64,000 bases of DNA, taken from positions 27,776,001 to 27,840,000 of the forward strand of contig NC_134471.1 in NCBI RefSeq assembly GCF_964194025.1, given 5' to 3'. The notes beneath the pieces are model-generated. The model searched no databases and was not told where the DNA came from. It worked only from the letters and a program-made list of their open reading frames with translations. The position numbers and the translations under genes are program-made. This stretch comes from Convolutriloba macropyga. Its lineage: Eukaryota. Below, one piece after another: positions 49,411-62,720 of the stretch (the first letter of the stretch is position 1; the number at the start of each line of letters is the position of its first letter).

Positions 49411-51507
49411 AAAATGCAGTTTTCAGTTTTTTTTATCTCTATTATTCTTCCCTGGTTGATTCTTTGTGGGCTTGTTTCATGCGTTTGATCGCTTTTAAAT
49501 GTTTGAAGTGCTGCGAGAGTGCCAGTGCAGAGGATTTGATCGATGTTATGTCAACCTAGCTATGTATTCATTCACTAGTGTCCAGAGCAATGTCTACCAG
49601 TTGCATAGTGTTTTATCCACATTGCAATAGCAGAGAGAACTAAACGGCTCTTTGATAGCACTGTTCAGACCGTCCCAGTCAGCTCTCGTGTTGACTAATT
49701 GGGAAGTGGTTGTGGTAAAGATTGGTTGTTTTTTCAGTTTGTCTCAGATTGGGTTGTGATTGGTAGACAATCAAGTTCGAGTTCGAGTTCGAGTTCGAGT
49801 ATTCTGGTCTGTAGGTTTGTTGCCTCTGTCGACCAGCCTCTGTCAATCAGAACAAGGTATACGGTTTATGCTATACTTAACGTGAAGTTCTTTGCGAAAA
49901 TTACAAAAATCAACTGGATTCAGTGATCGTCTGAGTATCAGGTCCAACTGATTGGTCTCAGCAGGTGTTCGAAAAATTGGTGTCACCGTTGAGTTCGCGA
50001 TTTACTTCAGATTCTGCTGGTCGGTGGAAATGTCCAAGAAGCTGCAACAGCTTTACCATTTTAAACAAATAAATACTAAGATTTGGACAAGTATAGATGG
50101 AACAAATTAAAAGTGATGCAATGCCAAACCAATTTTAATTGTTTCAGAGTCCAAGTGATCAATGTCAAGTCCAAGAAGTTCCTTGTTTTATGTCATGTCT
50201 TACGGCTATTGGCATTCCTACGTGCTAAATTTTGCTGTCATAGTCATTTAGTCTGTCGTTTCTTTAAATCCGACAGTTTGATAGAATCAAGGCTCAGTTG
50301 GGGATGGCGTTTGTCAGCCATGTTTCAAATAAAGCAGAATATGTTTTTTTGTTCGCAGGAAGTTTTCAAAGATCTTTCTACGAGTTAGATTAATTATACC
50401 TCTGAACGTGAAAGATATGGTTGATACAAGATAAGGTTGATAGGGCGAATTCTTCTTTCGCACCCAAAGGATAGCCAACAGACTTCATCACAGCATTGAC
50501 TTCGGAAATCAACACGGCCTAAAACACAGAATTCTAAAGCAAATGTGGAATGATATCATGATGCGGTACAAACCAGAAAACGTCTGCACGTGGCAGATCT
50601 GTTGTGACTGTCAACACTGCAGAGAGACATGGACTAATTTTCTATAACTGTTTTGATCGGGAGAAATTCCTTCTGTAAAGAAAATCCCCAATAACAACAA
50701 CAACAATACAGAACTTAGTCAACCCCAGCCTCTGGGACTGATTGATTCCTTCTTGTCGTCTTCATGTTTTACACCGCTCCACTTCATGTTCTTCAGTAAC
50801 TCGACCCTCTGGTTTTGGACCCTAGCTTTACGAGAAAAGATCTCATTTGATCTTTCTTCAATAAGTTCTCTTCTCTTTTTTAGGCACTCGTTTTGCTTTT
50901 CCATATTTTTTGTTATTTCGGCACAGAAAAGATGAGTTGTCGGTACTCACTGCAGTTTTTGAGATCATGCGCTAACTTATGGATTCGCAACTTATTGGGC
51001 TTTCGGTTCTGATCAGCAGAGTCCATAGTGCATCTCTTTCAGGATTGGATTGTCCTAGATGTGTAGATTTAGATAATTTCCGATCAGGATGTTCAGGAAG
51101 GTTATAACTTTTCATATTTTTGGCAGGTCATCTAGCATGAGTTCTGAAGGGGGGACGATCCGTTTTTGGGGGTCCCTCTGACCAATACGCCCAGATGCTG
51201 CTCCTGGGCTGTTGAAAATGATTTCACAGGTTGGATATTCGCTATAAAGTTTTTTAAGTCTGCTCTCATTTAGTTTGAAGTTTTTTAAGTTTGCTCTTAT
51301 TTAGTTTAGTTTATGCTCTCATTTTAGTTTGTTCTCATTTTTTGAAGCTTTCGATCTCCGCTTCAACAATGATTTCTTTGGATTTCTCTCTTTTGATGGT
51401 AAACGCCTGCTTTTGTTGGTGATATTTGTTTATTTGATCATCAATCTTTTAGTCAATTTTTGGGCATGCATTTGCGTTGAAATCAAATTTTCATGGTTTG
51501 CAGTCAT

Positions 51508-52360
51508 CAGAGTAATGTCTAAACTTTGATTGGATGTAAAGTTAAGCCATTTCTATTTAAACTTAGTTAAATCTTATTGGTGGAAAAATGCATGAATTAT
51601 TATTGAATGAATAGCTTACCATTAGAAGGATTGGATTAGAAGAAGTGAAGTTGTAGAAAGATATTGTTTAATTTGAAAGAAGAAAGTTTAGATGGAATGT
51701 AGAAGAGAATTGATTATTAGAATTCGTTGTTTTGGGAAACTGCAGGAACCACATCCGAAGACCTGAAATATATTCTTAATAATATCAGATACTTAACAAT
51801 AATTTAGTTTATTATTGCGAATATAAGTTGGTGACAGGAGTGGGATGTGGTTCCTGCAGTTTCCCAAAACAACGAATTCTAATAATCAATTCTCTTCTAC
51901 TTTACATCCAATCAAAGTTTAGACATTACTCTGCGCTTCTTTAATTTTGATGTTACACTGCTTATTAATTTTCAAATTCCTTAATGAAGGAATTTATAAA
52001 TTAATAAGCAGTGTAACATCAAAATTAAAGAAGCGCAGAGTAATGTCTAAACTTTGATTGGATGTAAAGTTAAGCCATTTCTATTTAAACTTAGTTAAAT
52101 CTTATTGGTGGAAAAATGCATGAATTATTATTGAATGAATAGCTTACCATTAGAAGGATTGGATTAGAAGAAGTGAAGTTGTAGAAAGATATTGTTTAAT
52201 TTGAAAGAAGAAAGTTTAGATGGAATGTAGAAGAGAATTGATTATTAGAATTCGTTGTTTTGGGAAACTGCAGGAACCACATCCGAAGACCTGAAATATA
52301 TTCTTAATAATATCAGATACTTAACAATAATTTAGTTTATTATTGCGAATATAAGTATCA
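51508..52360 (+). mobile_element. Miniature LTR-like element: 321-bp direct repeats flanking a tRNA-Leu-type PBS and fold-back copies of the repeat
   Basis: 51508-51828 matches 52036-52356. TGGTGACAGGAGTGGGAT at 51829-51846. Palindrome at 51900-52069. Confidence 0.6.
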
Positions 52361-52901
52361 GATTAGTAGAAAGTTTGTTTCAAGTTCGTTCAGGACAGCG
52401 ATACTTTGCGTCTTGTTCAGTGCAGTCGTAAGTAAGGTACATGGCATTGGTAAGGTACATGCATAAGGTACAGGTATGACAATTGCATATAGTCATGACC
52501 TTTTCTGTTCTTTACGTTGATTAACTTTATTGTTCAGAGTTTTCATAATCAATATGGATATTTGTAGTTCACTTAGCGGTGTTTCGTCGTTGCTGAATTG
52601 TCGGAAGGAAACGCAAGGTAGCCTAAATTAACCTGTAAGTACAGTACAGTTGCGTTTAGTATGATGAATGTGGACGGCATGAAATTTGAATGCTCCTTAA
52701 ATCACGACGCACCTCGGTAGAGCTTAGGAAAAAAAGAGCACTCAGAGGGAGCAGAAAAACTAGCGGAAAATTTTCTTGTGGAAGATCACCAGGTTCTGCA
52801 AGCACAATGAGAGTCGTCGGTGAGACGCATGTGATATTCCAAGTTTCCAGTTCAGCTCTGCACTCCAGTGAGGTGTATGGCAACTTTTCTGTACTTCCAG
52901 G

Positions 52902-53249
52902 TTACTTATCATCTGCCTTGTATCTGTGTTCTGCAGTCTCTGGAGGATGTCGGTCACGGCTTTTGATCGAATGAATTTTTTTCGTCCCTCTCTGGTACTT
53001 AAGGACGAAAAAGTGTTTGGCTCGTGCACTGAGGAAGTTGCTGGCAACTTCACCTGTTGGGGTGTCAGAAGGGGTTGTGTTGTAGAGGTCGTTGACGCCC
53101 ACAAATTGGATGATCGTGTCGTGCAGACCTTCTAGAGGGAGAAAGTTGTAAACGTGACGCACTCCGGCACCAGGCAGGGAGAGGATGTTCAAATTACTAG
53201 AGTCCAAGTGTTTCGCTTGAGAGTCGGCGATGAGGAGATATTTCGTCAA
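52902..53249 (-). pseudogene. SGNH/GDSL esterase-like fragment, probably retroelement-derived
   Basis: LLIADSQ (GDS-like block I), SLPGA (block II), FVGVNDL (GxND block III); the frame decays afterwards. Confidence 0.55.
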
Positions 53250-53484
53250 TGAAGTTCTGTAGATGTGATATCTCGTGATCTCATTCGTGATGTCATTCGT
53301 GATCTCGTCTCTAAAATCTCCCTATTGGGAGCCTTCCACTCGAGATCGATTCTATCTCACCTATTCAATAAGTTTTATTACCTATCTCGTTTTATCTAGT
53401 TTTTCAAGTGCATAATCCAAAATACCTTGGTTTAATTTCGATTGATTTGACAAGTGTATCATTATGCTATTTTTTAGAAGGGTA

Positions 53485-56400
53485 ATGGTTAAGCAAACTA
53501 TTAAAATCTTTGCAAGGTTAAAGCCCACCAAGAAAAATATTTCGGTAAGTTGACATGCAGGTTTAATAAATTTCAGATCCATACTAATATTTTGACCTTT
53601 AAAGGTATACGAGATTCAAACAGATGAAAGTGAGAAGGATAGATTACTTTTCGCTGTTCCAAGAGATTCCAATTTATACATCAACAACAGTAAAGACGAG
53701 TTCAAGTTTCAGTTAGTTTTGCCCTTTATTTTCCAAAGAGTTTGTACTTAGTTTTTTATGAGAGAGTTATGTTTTCAGATTTGACCATATTTTCGAACGA
53801 GACGCAAGACAGGACGAAATATTTCAATATGTTGCCCAGGATGTCATCGATAAGTAACTAATTGTGATGAGCTATTTTATTATCAAGGGTTCTTTGTTGA
53901 GTCAACTTTGTTTTAGCTGTTTGACAGGGTACAATGGCACGATTTTTGCGTACGGACAGGTCAGGATTCGTCGTATTGCTGCCTATTTTAAAATAGAATT
54001 GGCGTTTTATTTGAATTGCATGTTTTAAAGACTGGAAGTGGTAAAACTTTTACCATCACTGGAGGCGCAGAGAGATATGCAGACAGAGGAATTATTCCAA
54101 GATCATTAGAATATCTCTTCACTCAGTTCGAGAAACAACCGCATTTGGCCTTCCAGACTCATATTTCATACTTGGAAATTTACAATGAGAGTGGCTATGA
54201 TTTACTGGATCCTAACAAAGAAATTAAAAAAATGGAAGATCTTCCTAAGGTAACACAATGAAAATTGTTCCTTTGAAAACTATTTTTGTCACGGGTTTGA
54301 ATTTTGGCTTTTTTTCTGTACATCCATGTCATTTGGTTCCTAGGTACTGCTGATGGAAGACACAGATGGTGCAGTTCATCTTCGTAACCTGTCTTTGCAT
54401 CAAGCGAACTCTGAAGAAGATGCTTTGAATCTCTTATTTATCGGAGACACAAACAGGATGATAGCAGAAACACCAATGAACCAAGCATCCACGAGGTAAA
54501 TGTGGTTCCGATATATAAAAGGCACCAATAATTAAACCATAGCTACCAATTGAACTTATTGGGCCGCAAACCTGCTTGAGGAACAATTAATATTAAGAGA
54601 AAATTTTCAATTTCTCGCAAGTATGTAGCGATCATTTTTGGGACTGCGAAACGGAGCGAAGCTCCTATTGGCGTCATGATGGTGGTTTTTGTCATCAACT
54701 CTATCCAAATTTGCTCATTTTTAATGCCAGGAGGACCCGGTTTTGTGGTCATGTCAGGGTGATGGATAAGAAACAAAACAACAGCGGTTAGTGTCAAGGT
54801 TTTCCCGCCAAATCGCTTACAGGTCAGAGGGCATTTTTTCTTTCAATGTAAAGATATTGAAAGAAAGGGTCATCGTACTCGTCCAGGAGGAAACACGCGA
54901 AACAGACATTTTTTGCAAGTTAATCCCCCCAAAATTTTGAATCGTGTTGATCATTTATTTGAAGGGGAGCCAACTAACCATACAAGTGGCTAGTTGTAGT
55001 AAAAACAAAATGCGCCCTAAAAATGCAACCTTTTAATTCAGAATATCTACCTCAAGTGTCCACCTAACTGGGCAACATTTCCGAGTTGAAATTGCATAAA
55101 ATGTTGCACTTTTTTAGCTTTTGATAAAATGCTTAGTTTTTGTCAGACGAATCTGAAAGAAAGGAAAAGAATTTATTTAGTTGTTACAGATATAAAAAGC
55201 AACAACAGGGACAATTTACGATGTTTATTAACCTTATATTTCAAACCGCCCATTAACAATAATGAGAAAATTTAACTTAAATTAAATATGAACATTAACA
55301 ATGAGATTTTGACACTTATGACTGAAAACTAGCTCTGCAACTGCCAATTGCATAGATAAGATTTGAGATAATGAAAGAACTGAGGGATTTGAGGCTTGGG
55401 AGCCATTTCAATATTCAAGGGAATAATCCCAATCGAATTTAACTTATTGAATAAGAAACACCTCTGTATCTAATTGAGAATCTTTCAATTTTGCGCTTAC
55501 TCAAGGGTTCAATTAAGAAATGTGAATCAGTGTATCTTGTTATTCTCGCTTTGCTGTTAAACGAGAAAAGTTCACTACAAAACATTTGTATATGTTGTCC
55601 ACTTATTGATCTTAGGACAAACTTAAGAAATTCATATAGATGTAGCTCATATACCGTTAGGATCGAATTGTTTATGATCAAGTTTTCGCATTCATCAAAC
55701 TTTTTTCGGAAATGAATAATTTTTAGAATTTTCTTTTGTAATTTATAAATAGCTTGGAGAGAAGAATAGCTACAGCAGCAATAAATTCAAGCACAATATT
55801 GAATAATCGGGGTAATATTGGTATTGAAGTATTCAATCTATTGTTTCCTAGGAAGAAAATGCCTTAATTTCGATACCACACCACATTGTTTTGATACTTT
55901 TACACGCACATAATCGATATGACTTTGTTATGAGAGCTTACTATCCAGAGGTATACCAAGATATTTACATACTGGCTGCAATGGTATAAGCTTATGATCT
56001 TATTCAAACTGATTGGATTTAGTGGTCCCAATGTTCAATTGCACCGTCTTCTCAAGGTTAAGCACTAACTTTTTACTTACAAGCCAGTCATTTACTCTTT
56101 TCAGATCAGATTTAAAGGCTCCCGGACTGCATCCTATAGCCTAAATATTTGTGTCGTCAGCAAAGAGCAACAAACTAACACTTTCACAAACATTTGGTAA
56201 ATCATTTATGTAAATAAGAAAGAGTAATGGCCCCAAGATTAACCTCGTGGAACACCGCAGGTTATCTTTTTCCACTCTGAGCAAACACCACATACCTGCA
56301 CTAGCTGAAATCTGTGCATCCATCTTTAAACATGGAAATTTTTATTGCATTATTGAGCAATGAGCCAATCAGAAAACAATATTAAATTTTCTTAATTCTT

Positions 56401-59400
56401 ATTGAGGAGTCCTCAAAATTCGATATGGCTGTCATTCTCTCTAGCACAAATGACCGAATGTGTATTGGGCTTAGGGAAGTCCAGTACTTTACTTTTTTGA
56501 TTTATAAAAGAGATTTTCTCTTCTTTCGAATAAGGTACACAATTCATGTTTGCTCTAGATCGCACTGCATCTTCACTATCTACATATCGAGTCGAGAACC
56601 CGGCTCAGCAACAATACGTAAAGCCAAACTGCATTTGGTTGATTTGGCGGGAAGTGAGCGGGTGCACAAGACAGGCGTTAATGGGACACTGCTAACTGAG
56701 GCCAAATATATCAATCTATCGCTTCACTTTCTTGAACAGGTTTCAAATATTATTCTAAATATAACCAGAATTTTGTATTTGATTGAAGAGTTTGGCGCAA
56801 ATTTAATGAGCTGTAGAGGGTCAGAATGTCTATCGTAATCATACGATGCGCACTGTTATTAAATGATTTTTCGATAGTTTGGGTTTATAATCCTTTATTT
56901 GAGTTACCTTAAAGGGTTCAAAACATTGCTGATCACATGGTTGATGTAAATACTGCTCTTATATATTGTCCATCGAAAGCGTCTTAAAATTCAAAGGGCG
57001 CTGCTGTTCGTCAATTATAATGTTTGGCAGGTAATCGTGTCGCTGTCGGAGAAGAGCCGCACCCATATCCCCTACAGAAACTCGATGATGACGTCTGTGC
57101 TGCGTGATTCACTCGGTGGAAACTGCATGACCACTATGGTGGCTACTCTCTCTGCCGAAGTCAAAAATATCGATGTAAGCAACTCCACTGCTGATTTGAG
57201 TACTACTAAAAAGGTTTCGCATTTGATTGAAACGTTAACAGTTTTGATTATGAAAGTGAGTTTTTAATAGCCGCACAGCGTAGTTGGGGCTATTATTGGC
57301 CTTCTCTTGGTTTTTTTTACAATTCAAAGAATTTGAATTGTATTGGGGCACTGTTTTTTTTTAAGATCTGTTCGCACATTTTCATGATTTTTGAAGTCAA
57401 ATTGGAGTAGTGATTTTGGTCACGCCGAAACAGGAAACGGAGCGAAAAAACGAGTTGTTTTGCGGCGTGAATTTTTTTCGCTCTAATTTTAAAGTAGAGT
57501 GAAAAAATGGTGGCAAAAATTTGGTTTCTCGGTAGCGGTTTTTTGTTCACATGCGGCAATTTCACTCTGATTTTTACTGTTTTTTCGATTTTTTGGGTCG
57601 GATTTTTTTCTAAATGGTTTTCCCAATCCATTCACAGCTCATTCTAGGCCTAGTTTTTTGTTTGAATTAAATTTTCATTTCTCGCTAGTGGTTTTTTTGA
57701 CATTGATGCAGCATTTTGACATTGATTTTCTGTTTTTCTTATTTTTAATCTGAATTTTTTTAAAAATGGTTTTCTCAATTCATTCATAGTCTATTCTAGG
57801 TCTAGTTTTTTTGTTTAGTCAATGAAAATTCTTTGAATTGTACGTCAGGACTTGTCCTGCTATGTTTTTTTATTTCGTCGTCGCGATTTTTGTTACGACC
57901 ATATGACGTCACAACCACTTCAAATCTGCTTTTTGTTCATTCGTTCATGCAATTTCAACTGAATTGCGTGCGTGACGTCATTTTTCGCTCTTAGTGGAGC
58001 GAGTTTTTTGTTCATTCGCGTGATCAAAATTTTTGGTCACACGTGACTTACCTCACTCTCAAAAATGACTTCCTCACTTTGAAATTGACTTTTATTTACT
58101 TTAATTCAAAGAGATAAGGTCAAATGGGTATGTGTCACTCTAAATGAAGGTTACTTGAGAGCAGCTATTAGAGGCAGCAAAAACTTATACAGATTTTTAA
58201 TCAAGATATAACATATCAGCCTTCAATGAAAAGACGAGCTATTTTGGTCTGTCTTTTTTACTGTTTTTTTTTTAGACTGCAGATCTACGAAGCTACTGCC
58301 GCTGTTTTCTGGCAATCTGCCAGCTATGTTTATATTTTCAGCTGTTTTCAACGTGTTGTATTAACTGATAAGCACTTACTAGTACTTCTAGGAGGAGAAA
58401 TATAGAAGCATAGGTTTTGAACCTTTACAAAATGTGCATGTTACTATATGTAGGCATAGCATATATGGGCGGGGGTGTAAATGTTTTATGCGGATTATGT
58501 TAGGAATTTTGTGATTTTAATGGAGAAAAGAATTGAATGAAAATCTGTTCCCGCAATGAAAATCTGAACCGGCCGCGAGATTTCTTAGTGCATTGTATAT
58601 AATTTAGGAATCAATATCCACGTGTCGATTTGCTCAACGCGTGGCTCTTATTAAAAACGATGTCAGTGTGAACGAAGAACTGGATCCAAGGCTGATGGTT
58701 GCCAAACTGAAGAAAGAGGTCAATGAACTGAAAACCCAGTTGGCGATGGGATCTGAGGACGGAATGATGCTGACAGAACCCTTAAGCCCTGAAGAATTGG
58801 ATGGATGGAAAACCAAATGTAGGAAATATCTGGACGATAAAGATCCAGAGGCAATCCTGGAAACGGGCCCTGACTTGAGGAAAATTTTAGCGTGTTTCAA
58901 GTTTCTGAAAGGGTTTTATATTGAGTCAACAAAAGGCGCTAAATCTCTGCCAAGTAGCGAGCGAAATTCGCCTCAGCAGCAAGCTATTCTGCACGAGGCA
59001 ACAAAAACTCACGTTGTTCCAATGAGTGCCTATGATAGCAAAGAATTACAAGAGTTAAAACAGGTTCTGAAGCAGCGAGACAATGAGATAAATATTCTTG
59101 TCAGTATGTTGAAGAAGGAAAAGGCGAAGAACCTGAATGGTCAAAACTTATCAAATGGGAATATTAACTCAAGTGGTTATCAGAGTAGCAACGATAGGCA
59201 TCGAATGAGTGTTGATATTCGCGACTCTGTCAGTTCGAATCCTGGTGCTTCGCAATCGTTTACTGCCGAACATGCAAGGCATGAGAATCCTTTAGTGAGT
59301 CGAGAGTCAACTACGAGCAATTCAATTTCAATAGCTAATTATGGTGCTTCAAACACAAGCAAACAATACAGTCACAAGACGACAGTTAACAACATTGTGC

Positions 59401-59412
59401 AGCGCAAAATGG
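53485..59412 (+). CDS. KIF6: Kinesin-9 family motor KIF6, 5' part: join(53485-53544, 53605-53711, 53779-53853, 53917-53959, 54031-54249, 54344-54495, 56559-56739, 57031-57174, 58608-59412); no further exons recognised in the window
   Basis: Spliced product [14 protein letters not shown]...[35 protein letters not shown]...[23 protein letters not shown]...[11 protein letters not shown]...[23 protein letters not shown]...[17 protein letters not shown] closely matches KIF6 as I recall it. All introns are GT-AG with consistent phases. Confidence 0.93.
54031..54249 (+). CDS. KIF6: KIF6 exon 5 (second half of P-loop)
   Basis: AG|ACTGGAAGTGGTAAAACT...CCTAAG|GT; [14 protein letters not shown]. Confidence 0.92.
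55300..56300 (-). mobile_element. Decayed CR1/L2-like LINE 3' fragment in KIF6 intron 6
   Basis: [16 protein letters not shown]...LLFADDTNI; [11 protein letters not shown]. Confidence 0.75.
56559..56739 (+). CDS. KIF6: KIF6 exon 7 (switch I end and switch II)
   Basis: SHCIF...DLAGSE...[11 protein letters not shown], bounded by AG/GT. Confidence 0.92.
57031..57174 (+). CDS. KIF6: KIF6 exon 8
   Basis: [20 protein letters not shown], bounded by AG/GT. Confidence 0.92.
57905..58330 (+). repeat. Interspersed ~430-bp repeat; second copy at ~61410-61830
   Basis: Colinear CACAACCACTTCAAATCTGC...GGCAATCTGCCAGCTATGTT at both sites. Confidence 0.8.
58608..59412 (+). CDS. KIF6: KIF6 exon 9 (motor end, neck, coiled coil)
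   Basis: [17 protein letters not shown]...[19 protein letters not shown]; donor G|GTAAG at 59413. Confidence 0.88.
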
Positions 59413-59799
59413 GTAAGATAAGTATACTTTTTCTTTGAAGGGAACCAGGTTGTCGTATCTAGCTGTTGGTGTTTTCTGTGTTCCCGACATTTCCGTATGA
59501 GAGCTCGTTCAATTCATTTACCTGGACTCATCTAGTACATACATGATTGCATAACAAAGACAAGGACGACCAACGAAATGAGTAGCTCATCTATGTTGGC
59601 GCACTTTGTTTGATATACAACTGAAAGTTTGCCTTGTGCAAAAATAAATTACAATTCCAAGCTTACGATTATGTCCGATAGTTTTGTAATAATATTTTTT
59701 GCAAGCAGTTATTTTCTGTATAAATCCTCAGAAATTCCGCCAAAATCCAACGTTAGAAAATTGCGTACGTTACGAATCTAACGTGTACTTCGAATCTAA

Positions 59800-60600
59800 C
59801 GTGTACGTTACGAATCTATGCAGTTCCGGCAAATTTCTTAAAACAGTATGCCGAGAATCATAAAGGACCTTTCGCCAACCCAATCAATCTTGTACTGGAA
59901 AGCGGAATGTTCCCTGTTACCATGAAGTTAATTTTAGTGCGCCAACTTTTAAAAAGATGAAGATCTTAATTTACTAGACAAGACTATTGGCCATTTTCAA
60001 ATGTAAAAAAGCGGTAGACAAGCTGTTCTAACTATTTGAGTGTCAACAGTCGAATCCCGTGTTTCAATATGGATACCGTCGGGGAGACTCAAAGGACACC
60101 AGCCTTCTTTCTGATGCTGACTTTGTTTACAGGAAGGGAAAGGAATTCCTTTTATATCACTTGATGCTACTTTTGATAAACTCCCATGAATTGTTAATGG
60201 AAATGCTGGAAAAAGATTTGGTCTGAGGGAAGTTGGTTTTAACTTTTTTAAAAAAAATTTGTGGTCGAGTTGCGAAAACAAAAACAGAGCAGGTCTACTC
60301 GTGTGATTGATTAGCTGATATTGGCGTACAACAAGGATAGATATTAGGACCGAAATTGTTCACTCTTTATTTTGACTCCACTCTTTTACATTCAGATATT
60401 GGATTTTGTTTTCATCTTTTTGCTGATTACGGTCAAAATATTTGATCAAGGTGGTTTTCGACAGGAAGAGATTGGTTCGCTTGTGAAAATTCCAGAAGTC
60501 TACGCGAATTTACAGCTTAAGCTCAATCCAGAGAAGGCCGAAATAATGTTTTTGTTGTTCCGACCCATTTTAGTGGGGGAGGAACTATATACTCAAATGT
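59800..60600 (+). mobile_element. Highly decayed CR1-like RT fragment
   Basis: GVQQG*ILGPKLF remnant at ~60322-60365 and AFD-like remnants upstream. Confidence 0.45.
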
Positions 60601-62299
60601 TTTTTTTTGTTCAGACAATTTTGGCCGATCAATAAAATCATCGTAGAGAGTTGTGAGTGGTATCATTAAAAATACCATCCAGCGTATAATATGGAATAAA
60701 AAAGATTTTCCGCTTTTTTTAGGGAGTTATCGAGGTTTAAAGGTTTGTGAATATTAGACGTATTTCAGCTGTTCTTATTCACATTTTTGGTATTTTTGAC
60801 CTAATTTTCGTCAATTTTGCTAAAATTTGTTCAAATTGTTAACTGTAGTGTTATCGACTGTACCTGTTAAGATAGAGGGTTGCTGAATTGTTTGATCCGA
60901 GTTTTTTGGCTAGAATTTATGATATATTTTTCAAAACCCGACTTTTTTCGGGTCCAGATTAGCTTTTTTAGCCGACTTGCTTTAAATTTGTTGAAGTAGA
61001 TACCTTAAAATTGCAGCCATATTCTTTTTAAGCTGACAATAAGCTAGTTGTAAACCCACTGGCTTTGAGAGTAATCTGCAATTATAATTTTGCCAGATGT
61101 GCGAATTTCAACTCGATAATTATAAAGAAAAATGCATTTTTACTTTTGACAAACTGAAAAGTTTGTTAAGAAATTGTTTTATTCCGGAACCATTTGAACA
61201 AATGATTATTTTCTTAGACGCGCAGCAATATCTGGGCTGATCTTGATCTCAACACGGATCCCTACGATGAAAAAGTTTTTAGATTTTAATGGGACGCGAC
61301 CTTAAGTTAAGCTGATGGTTTTTATGGCTCTGGCCAATTGTTTTCGTAAATTTTTTTTAATATATTTCTCGAATTTTGCTTTCATTTGTTATCCTTTTTG
61401 TAGCCCACTGTGGCGCCACAACCACTTCAAATCTGCTTTTTCATTCTTTCATGCAATTTCAACTGAAGTGCGTGTGTGACGTCATTTTTCGCTCTTAGTG
61501 CAGCGAAATTTTTTGTTCATTCGCGTGATTAAATTTTTGGTCTCACTTGACTTACCTCACTCTCAAAAATGACTTCCTCACTTTGAAATTGACTTTTCTT
61601 TACTTAAATTCAAAGAGAAGGTCAAATGAGTATGTGTCACTGTAAATGAAGGTTATTTGAGAGCAGCTAATAGGCAGCAAAAACTTATACAGACTTTTAA
61701 TTAAATAATAGCATATCAGCCTTTAATTAAAAGACAGTTTTTTTGATCTGTCATTTTAACTGTTTTTTTTTTAGACTGCAGATCTACAAAGCTATTGAGG
61801 CTATTTTCTGGCAATCTGCCAGCTATGTTCTTAGTTCTCTCATCTTTGGGCGCAGTCGCAGTAAAAACAGGCAGAACTTGATTTCCTGTGGGTTATAAAT
61901 TAATGTCCGTAACGGTTTTTTGTTCAACTAATGGCCTCTTTGTTTTGATACTACGGCTGCATTTTTTTTATTTTTGATCATAATTGCATATTTTGTGAGT
62001 TCATTTTTTTTCTTGCCGAATTATCACCCTATTGACAAATCCAATTGAAGGAAAGCGTAGTAGGGAAAATGCAGAGCGTTGAAAAAGGCGTATCTGAATA
62101 TGTTTATTGTTTTTAGTATATAGTTTATGCTTTTTGGGCTGATACAATTATCTCGCAAAATTTTTTTTGTTTTTACCTATGTTTGTCTTTCTTTTTGTTG
62201 TTATACGTCAAATAACTAATAACGATAGGTCTCATTTGCTTCCCCAGGACTTATATTTCAAGATTTCAGTGTATAGATGTTTGTTTTAATGACTTTAAA

Positions 62300-62720
62300 A
62301 TTGAAAAAAAAATGTTTGATTTTTAATTTTGTCCTTTTTAGTAGTCCGATTATCAACAATTTCATCGGCCCTCTAGCGTGGCATTCTCGTATTTCATGGG
62401 TTGTTTATTGAGCTATGTGTTTGTTTTCGCAAGCTTTCTATCTCTTTGTCGTTGGGTAGCCAATTTAGTCCAGAATGTGGATAAGCGTGGTCGGAACATT
62501 ATGTGCGTATGCACATTACCGAGCATATTTTTTTCATCTGTATCCTTTTTGCTTTCCTTTTCGTTGCCTTGTAACTCAATCTCACTAATTAGAGGTCTCA
62601 ATTGATTTTGTTGATTAAGATATTTATTTCGTGCTTTGTTTTACATTGTGACTGATTGCTTCGACCTTTAATTTTATAAAAAGTTTTCGAGATTTCTATA
62701 CTTTTCAGTTTCTGGGTTTC
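62300..62720 (+). repeat. Interspersed repeat; second copy at ~63600-64000
   Basis: TAGTAGTCC.ATTATCAACAA..TTCATCGGCCCTCTAG...TTCTATACTTTTCAGTTTCTG at both sites. Confidence 0.8.

Noticed and set aside
49500-50000. Possible solo LTR followed by a PBS (TGGTGTCACCG at ~49978)
   Set aside because: No second LTR, no TSD and no convincing tRNA match.
51508-52360. Hammerhead ribozyme in the direct repeats (true retrozyme)
   Set aside because: No CUGANGA/GAAA core found by eye on either strand.
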